Origin: Euglena gracilis
Taxonomy: Eukaryota
Assembly (NCBI GenBank): GCA_039621445.1
Contig: CP154954.1
Coordinates: 9,116,634-9,180,633, forward strand
Reading direction: 5' to 3'
DNA length: 64,000 nt
Positions within the stretch are counted from its first letter, which is position 1. Each line of letters begins with the position of its first letter. This document shows positions 56,718 through 64,000 of the stretch, in pieces. Below the pieces are notes generated by a model. The model did not search any database, was not told the origin of the DNA, and was given only the letters and a program-made list of their open reading frames with translations. The translations under genes and the position numbers were made by a program.

Positions 56718-58346
56718 CTCTGCATCACGAGAGGCAGGAAACTCCTCCCTCGACCCCCATCCGAACCTCAAATAACAAAATCCCTTCCGAGTTGGCAACA
56801 TACTCGGGGGCCAAGTCGTTTTTGTGGCTCACTTTGGCATAGGCGGGGGGGGGGGGGCGCTCCCCCCCCCCCCCGCACCCCCCCAGATCACAAAATCCCC
56901 TCTATGTTGGCAACATACTTAGAGGGATAAGTCCTTTTTGTGCAGAATTTTGCAATTATATTGAAAATCCGATGGGGAGAGGTGTTCTTTTGCCAAAAGT
57001 GGCCCAAAATGGGCATTTTCCCCCCAACTTTTTGCATATTCGCCCCCGATTGGGGGGTTCTGGAGCCATTTAAGTGGGTTTTGACTGGTGTTGGGGTGAT
57101 TTGGACAAAAGTTTTTTCAGGGGGGGGGGGGGCTTAAATCTCCAGAAGGGGGGGGGGTAGTGCAAAAAAATGGTGGTCGGGCCGACCACCACAGGTCGAC
57201 AAGGTCGGGCCGACCACCACAAGGACGACCACCGGAAATCCGCTTGGGGCCATCTGACTGCAAGATTTAGCCATTGTCTGGTCCAAAACGCTTCCATAAC
57301 CCCGCACAACCAAAAAAATGTCGAAAAAAGGTGGAAATCCAAAATTTCACTAAAATTCCGAATCTTACCAACAACAGATTTCAGTGTCTTGGAAATCGAC
57401 TGACCGAAATGGGCCCCTGAATGGAAATCCACTGACCTAAACGGGTGAATTTCCCCGATTTGACCAAAAAAACATTTTTTGTCAATTTCCAAAAAAAAAA
57501 CACATTTTTGAGGGGTTTTTTTTTTGATTGGTGTTCTTCAATGAAAAAAACAAACAATTTTTGCATTTTCAAATGCATTCAAATGCAAATTTTTCATTTT
57601 TGCATTTTGCTTTTTGGTGTGTTTTCTTTTGGGAAAAAAACTTTTTTTTGCTTTCTTTTAAAAAAAATGCAAACCTTGCGCCCCACCCAGTTAGGATCCG
57701 TGGAAATCCGCACAGAGAAAGTGCTGCCAATGGCGGGTGGGACATCCTGACTTCAGAAAATGCCTGGACCTGGCAAATGATGGCCAGGATCAAAGGGCGT
57801 GACCACAGTCTGAGGATCACAAACACAAGTGGAATCAAGACCAGTGGAAGAATTTCGGCCCGTTTTCAATGCCAGGTAAGAAGACAAAGAAATGGAGGAC
57901 AGGCTGGGGTGTCTCAGAGCACCCTGGGTGGATTTTTGGCCGTGGCGGTTTTGGTGGTTGGGCTGACCTCTCGTGGTCAATGAGGATGCCCAAGTCCACT
58001 GCATCAACCCCCCCCCCCGCGTTGCTTTGCGACTCCCCAAGGGGGTCCAGCTCAGAGGCTGGAAAATATTCTCGTCGATGGGGTGGGGGATGGAGGTCCG
58101 GGGATGGAAAAAGACTGGCTGGGCGGAACCCCCTGGGGGATGGGGTCCCCTTCGGCTTTAGCGACGCCCTGGCCTGGTCTGCCCGCCAGCCAACCTGAGG
58201 TCGGACCGACCTGTTGGAACTTTGGAACAACAGGTCCAGCGGCCCTCGCCCACCCACCCTCAAAAACCAACGTATCACCAGAAAGATACCGAAAATCGAG
58301 AAAAATCCCATTTCGCTCACACAGAAATAATTACTTAAATTACTTA

Positions 58347-59220
58347 TATCCGTGGACTGAGGCCCAAGACACACACTGTGTCTCGTGGACTGAGTCCACG
58401 AGACACAGTGTGTGTCCCCGTGGACTGGGACACACACTGTGTCTCGTGGACTGAAAAATAAAAGGTGTTTGCCAGAAATGCGAGGTGTTCTACATCTAAT
58501 GCAATGCAGCAGGGCAGTGGAAAGATGGTCACCGGACAACCGTGAGCTGTAACAGCTGAGATGGTACAGGTATGTCTCGAAACTGAATGTGGTGCCACAC
58601 TGTGCCCCGGCGTTGTTGCTCAGCTTGATTGATGAGGGTAGCCTCATCAAACAAATATCTGGGGTCAATGACCCAACCAGCCCATGCGGAAAAAAAGCCA
58701 TCCAGGTCCTCATACTGAGCGTTCAGATGTTTACACACCTGCTGGAACTCCAACAGGCGTGTAACAGCTACACGCTCAGCAATTGCGGTCCCTTTTGGCT
58801 TCTCTTCCAACACGTTGGCCAACAACGTACCGTGTATTGGGTCAACAGCAGGGCCCTTCTGCAAATCGACCAAATACTTTTCCAGTGTAGCAACAAATTC
58901 ATCTGGTTTCGGGGGTCGGGGGAGCATGCGGTCCATACTGTTTGCGGTCTTCTTCATTTTCCGAAAGAAAAAACTGCAAGGACAGGTAGCGGAATGTGGT
59001 AAAACTTGTCCCTTGTTGGTCGGACCAGTGGGAATTCTTGATTTTTTTCAGTTCACGAGGACACACACTGTGTCTCGTGGACTGGCAGTCCACGAGACAC
59101 AGTGTGTGTCATCGTGAACTGAAAATTTGACAAAAAATCGCAAAAAAATACGGGGTAGACATTGCGTGGCTAAGTTCCACGAGACACAGTGTGTGTCTTG
59201 GGCCTCTTAGTCAACGGATA
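58347..59220. mobile_element. TA-flanked TIR element (Tc1/mariner-like non-autonomous)
   Basis: TA|TATCCGT..ACGGATA|TA; multiple inverted copies of GACACACACTGTGTCTCGTGGAC. Confidence 0.7.
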
Positions 59221-59579
59221 TAGACAAAAATCGTCCATTGTAACCCGGACACACCGTGTACCCGGGTTATGGGCGCCTTCGGCGCCCATAACCCGGACAC
59301 ACGGTGTGTCCGGGTGACATGGACGATTTTTGTGTAAAAAAATTAATTATTTCTGGGGTAGGCAGGGATGGATGGGAAGCCTTGAGGGGGGGGGGGGTTG
59401 GACCCCCCCCGACACGAAGGGGGGTGTCGGACCCCCCCTCCTACCTCGAAACTGAGGGGGGGGGGGCGAAAATTTTTCGATTTCACGGACGGGCAAAGGG
59501 CCGGAAATTGGGTCGAAATCGGTCAAAAATCCCTGATTTTTGTTTGAAAATCGATCCAAAAATGCTCATTTTTTGAAAT

Positions 59580-60410
59580 TTTTTGAACATTTTTTTTGGG
59601 GTCCGGGAGGCCCAATAACATCGTTTTGGGCAAAAAAAATTTTTTCGACTTTTTTCCACTTTTTTGACCCGGTTTTGACCCAAAGTCAATGGGTCGGCAG
59701 CCCAAAACGGGGCGCTGGCGGGTCGAAAAACGCTCGTTTTCGGCTCAAAAACAGTTTTTCTGGGTCCGGGAGGCCAAAAAAACATCGTTTCGGGCAAAAA
59801 AAAATATTTTTCGATTTTTTTCGACTTTTTTGACCCGGCTTTGACCCAAAGTTGGCGGCCCAAAACGGGGCGCCGGCAGGTCGGAAAACGCTCGTTTTCG
59901 GCTCAAAAACAGTTTTTCTGGGTCCGGGAGGCTAAAAAAAACATCGTTTCGGGCAAAAAAAAATTTCGACTTTTTTGGCCGAAAACGGCCAAGTCGAACA
60001 GCGGGAAAAGTGTACAAAATGGCCTAAATTGGCCAAAAAAAACGCCCGTATCTCGGGCTGGGCGGTGAGCTGCGGGGAAACCAAATCCCAGTAGATAGAG
60101 CGTTCCAAGGGCTTCAATTTAGGTCTCCGGACATTTCCTTTGATTTTGCATCATTTTTGAGAAATGTTGAAAACATCGATTTTTTGACCCCCCACCCCCC
60201 AAAAACAAAACGGCTTAGTCGAACAGTGGGAAAAGTGTACAAAACGGCCATCTGCGCCGAAAACGGCCGTATCTCGGGCTAGGCGGGGAGTTGCGGGGAA
60301 ATCAAAATACCAGTAGATGGGGCGTTCCAAGGGCTTCAAATTAGGTCTCCGGACATTTCTTTTGATTTTGCTTCATTTTGGAGATATTTTGAAAATTGAC
60401 ATTTTTTTTT
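59580..60410. repeat. Tandem duplications (~165-bp unit x3; ~220-bp unit x2)
   Basis: GGGTCCGGGAGG..CATCGTTT repeats at ~59598, 59761 and 59919; GTCGAACAG..GGTCTCCGGACATTTC repeats at ~59993 and 60218. Confidence 0.8.
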
Positions 60411-60989
60411 GGCCGAAATGGCAGAGTCCAAAGGTGGGGGGGTTAAAAAAGGGGGGCGGGTCAATCCTACCCAGTTTGGACCCCTTCGCGCGTGAATAAC
60501 TCGGGCCTGGCGGGGAGTTGGGGGTCAAACCCAGAAACCCAGGTGATTCGGAAACTAGAAATCCAGTCGCTCGCGACTGAAAAAAAAATCCGGGAACGGG
60601 GCCAGGATCATGGTGATAATCCGCCGGTTCCCGAGGTGGCCCCGAGGGGGGGGGGGGGTTCGGGGGGGTTTTCCCCCAGGGGTGAGCTTCGCTCTTACCC
60701 ATAAAGGGATAAGAGCTCAGCGACCCCCCCCCTACCACCTACCTCAATACCGAAGGGCTGCCCATCCAACCCTGGGGGTAGGGTTTGCACATGGCCCTGC
60801 CGTACCTTGGCACAGAGAAGGAAACCCAAAGGCGGCAGATGAACAGGGGTGAAGAAAGATAAAGCCCACCGACCCTTCGGCCCAAAAGGGGATTTGCTAT
60901 CCTGAACATAGAGAAACAGGGCAATTTGTCAAAATTTGGCCCAATTCGAAAAAAGGGCCAAAAGGCCAAAAGGCCAAAAGGCCACTAGG

Positions 60990-61243
60990 CCCCCCCCTAG
61001 TCGTATGACCAGGTTCCTGCAACCTGTGACCGGGGGGGTCATAACACCCCCATAACCTGCAACCTGTGACCGGGGGGTGGTCGTAAATGAGGTGGCGGTC
61101 ATAGGGAAGGTGGTGTTAAGTTTTTCGCAACCTGCAACCTGTGACGGGGGGGGGGGGGGTGGTCATAACCCCCCCATGACCTGCAACCTGTGACCGGGGG
61201 GGTGGTCGTAAATGAGGGGTGGTCGTACGACTAGGGGGGGGGG
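60990..61243. mobile_element. MITE-like element with CCTGCAACCTGTGACC repeats
   Basis: CCCCCCTAGTCGTATGACC / GGTCGTACGACTAGGGGGG ends; four internal repeats. Confidence 0.7.
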
Positions 61244-62990
61244 TAAAACCCCAACCGCACCTCTCACCGTGACCCTCTGGCAGGGCAAAACAGGAGGGCC
61301 TGGTGGGGGGGGGGGGGTCGACCAGGGTTCGATATTATACAAAAATCGACCGACACTAACAGATTCAGCAGGGGCGCCGGGCGCGAGCGAGCGAAGCGAG
61401 CCGCCCGGCGCCCCTGCTGAATCTGTTAGTGTCGGTCGATTTTTCTAAAACCTATTTTGTCTGGCTTGATATTCATTCGACCGAACCGCCTGGACCGAAA
61501 TATGGTCAAAAAAGTGGTTTTTGGCCCATTAACGGGCGCCTGAATGGAAATCGACCGACATAAACGGCGCCTGAATGGAAATCGACCGACATTAACGGGC
61601 GCCTGAATGGAAATCGACCGACATAAACGGGCGCCTGAATGGAAATCGACTGACATAAACGGATTCCGATGTCTTGGAAATCGACCAACCTTTTGTTTCC
61701 TTTTTTGAATGCCTTTTTGTTCCGTTTTGGGATATTGTCAGTTTCAGCCTGAAACCCGTTACCTTCACCCCCCCCCTCAAAGTGTCCCCCCCTCAGAATG
61801 GCCAAAATTTTTTGGCAAGTTTGGTTTTCCCCCCCCCTCAAAGTGGCCACTTTCTTTTGGCGCCGAAGGCGCCGAAGCCCAAAAATTGACCCCCCCCCCA
61901 AAGTGTCCCCTCCCCCAGAGTGGCCGTTTTGGGGTCCCGTGGTGCCTGGAGGATGGCCACTTTGAGGGGGGGGTGAGGGTAATGTCGACCAACCTTTTGT
62001 CTCTTTTTTCGGAATGCTTTTTTCTTCCATTTTGAAAGAAACACTCTCTATATCAAGAACTGCGTCTTAAACGCAGACTCTGACCTGAGTCTGCGTTTCG
62101 AAACGCAGACTCAGGCCGAGTAACAGACTCAGCGTTTCGAAACACAGACTCAGGTCAGAGTCTGCGTTTTTTTTAGAAACACAGATTTTGACCAAAGCCA
62201 TGCTGCTATGAACACAGCCTTCGCCCGAAATCCGATGATATCAATAGAATTGCAATACAGACGTCGAGCCCAGAAAATATGTTTAACCTTTCCAAATCAC
62301 TCCTCACCCGAAAGCTGTGCTTTCAGATGACCAGTGATGACAACTGGTTCAGGACAAACTTGCCAAATGCTTTTTCTGAAGTTCCAGAAAATGATAATCT
62401 TAAGTACCGTCCTTCCGTCTGTTCCATCCAAAGTTCAGCCAGCGGTGATCACCTGACCATAAAATTTGGTTTTTGTCTGATCCATAACGCCTCCACAACC
62501 CCGTAGGACCAAAAATGTTTAAAAAAAGGGAATGTCCAAAAATGTCCAAAAAGTCACTAAAAATTCCCAATCTGACCAGCAACAGATTTCAATGGAATGG
62601 AAATCGACCGACATAAACGGGCGCCTGAATGGAAATCGACTGACATAAACGGACGCCTGAATGGAAATCGACCGACATAAACGGGCGCCTGAATGGAAAT
62701 TGACCGACATAAACAATTTCAGCCTGAAATCCGTTAATGTCAGTAGAATTTCAAGACAGGCGTCGGGCCCAGAAAATAGGTTTTAAGGACAGGTGGGGGG
62801 GGTGGTCCGGACCCCCCCCCCACCTAAACGTGGTCCGGGTGACCGATTTTCAGCCCGGTGCGAAGCGCCGGGCCAAAAATTTGACATCCAGCGAAATCGA
62901 AGAGCAAGCGCCGAAACCGTCAAACCGCCCGCCCACCTCAGTGAATGCCCGGTGGGGCTCCTTGTCCGCCCCGCTCCGTGTACTGTGTAC

Positions 62991-63090
62991 ACTGTCTGAG
63001 TGTCTATTTTTTTCAGTATATACTCGTTCCACCCATGTGGACAAGGAAGCCCCCTTGAGCCCCTAAATGTGGTATTATGACGGAATTTAA
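62991..63090 (+). ncRNA. Euglenid spliced-leader (SL) RNA-like gene or pseudogene; 3' end uncertain
   Basis: ACTGTCTGAGTGTCTATTTTTTTCA|GTATATAC compared with the Euglena SL exon ACTTTCTGAGTGTCTATTTTTTTTCG; a GT donor follows. Confidence 0.72.
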
Positions 63091-63334
63091 AGGAGTAGGG
63101 TTGGGGTTAAGAGTCTCATGCAAACAGTTGAACCATTCCCACTCAGCTTCGTTATATTGGCCTCTAGCGAACCCAAAGAGCCGCCCAACCAAGGTTAAAA
63201 ACATGGGTGGACCCGAGCAAGGCGCCGAAGGCGCAGAGCGAGGGTCCACCCATGTGTATTAACCCTGGTTGGGCGGGTCTTTGGGGTAGCTGGTACCCTG
63301 TAGGGGCCAATTTATCACTTTATTGTGTGATGCA

Positions 63335-63592
63335 CCCTGACCCTAACCCCACCCTGACCCTGACCCAACCCGAACCCTAACCCTACTCCTAACCCCCTGT
63401 TTTTCTTTTTATTCTTTTCCAAGGCCGACTTGTAAAATTCTGGGTGGGGGTCGTTTAGCGAAGGAGTAACAAAAGTGGGTACTCCTTCGCTAAACGACCC
63501 CCACCCAAATGGGTTATCATTGGGTTATTTGAAGGAGGTAGGGTTAGGGCAACATGGCCATGTTGCCCTAACCCTACTCCTCAAATAACCCA
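63335..63592. repeat. Degenerate telomere-like CCCTAA/CCCTGA repeats and two adjacent palindromes (63441-63507, 63521-63592)
   Basis: Read directly from the sequence. Confidence 0.75.
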
Positions 63593-64000
63593 TCCAACTT
63601 GAAAATTTTCGGTGGGGGTCGTTTAACGAAGGGGTACCCAAAGTGCTCCACAAATGCTCCCTAAAATGAAACATGGATGGGAAAAGAAACATGGATTTTG
63701 GACCGGTTCAAACACCGAGCCGCTCTGGAACCGTGAGGAGTTGGGCTCTGGAGGGTTGGTTTCCCGGAAAAGGGTTCAAAAACAAAATTTCCCATCTGTT
63801 CCCGCAGTATCACCCAGAATCTTGTTTCCGAAATATTTTCAGTCTATGATGCCAGGACTTCTGCCAGGATTTATGGAGCTGGCTTTTTTTGGCCATTTTT
63901 GGAAGTTTTTGTTTGAACGCTGTGGTTCCTTTCATTTTGAACCAATCAAAAGAAAAAGTGGAGGACGGGCCGACCTGGTCAGACCGACCTCCATGTCTCA

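Noticed and set aside
56221-56725. TSD for the intact MITE copy
   Set aside because: The flanks ATGACCAC and CTCTGCAT do not match, so no TSD is claimed.
63335-63396. True telomere
   Set aside because: Short, degenerate and interstitial; similar CCCTAA units occur inside a repeat at ~55500.

Overview
Repeat-dense eukaryotic DNA, probably from a euglenid because a Euglena-type spliced-leader sequence sits at ~62991. The first 42 kb is a nest of retroelements. (i) A decayed + strand Ty3/Gypsy pol occupies 1-4.3 kb. (ii) Gypsy element A (4758-18676, minus strand, GC-rich) is full length, with near-identical AGTT..AACT LTRs, a CGTG TSD, a tRNAi-Met PBS and a chromodomain integrase. (iii) Gypsy element B (24931-42054, minus strand, TGTT..AACA LTRs, CTAG TSD) sits inside a hAT-type MITE. 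(iv) There are two copies of a DIRS tyrosine-recombinase retrotransposon; one is complete and inserted into B's 5' LTR. Main observation: both full-length Gypsy elements carry a C5 cytosine DNA-methyltransferase domain inside Pol, at different positions (MTase-PR-RT in A, PR-MTase-RT in B). In both, pol is in frame with gag behind a single stop codon followed by a readthrough-like stem/pseudoknot. The DIRS elements carry an adenine-MTase-like (NPPW) domain and are strongly CpG-depleted. The last 22 kb is a patchwork of MITEs, palindromes and minisatellites, with one possible host exon and the SL-RNA-like locus. All calls come from reading the sequence; no database searches were run.
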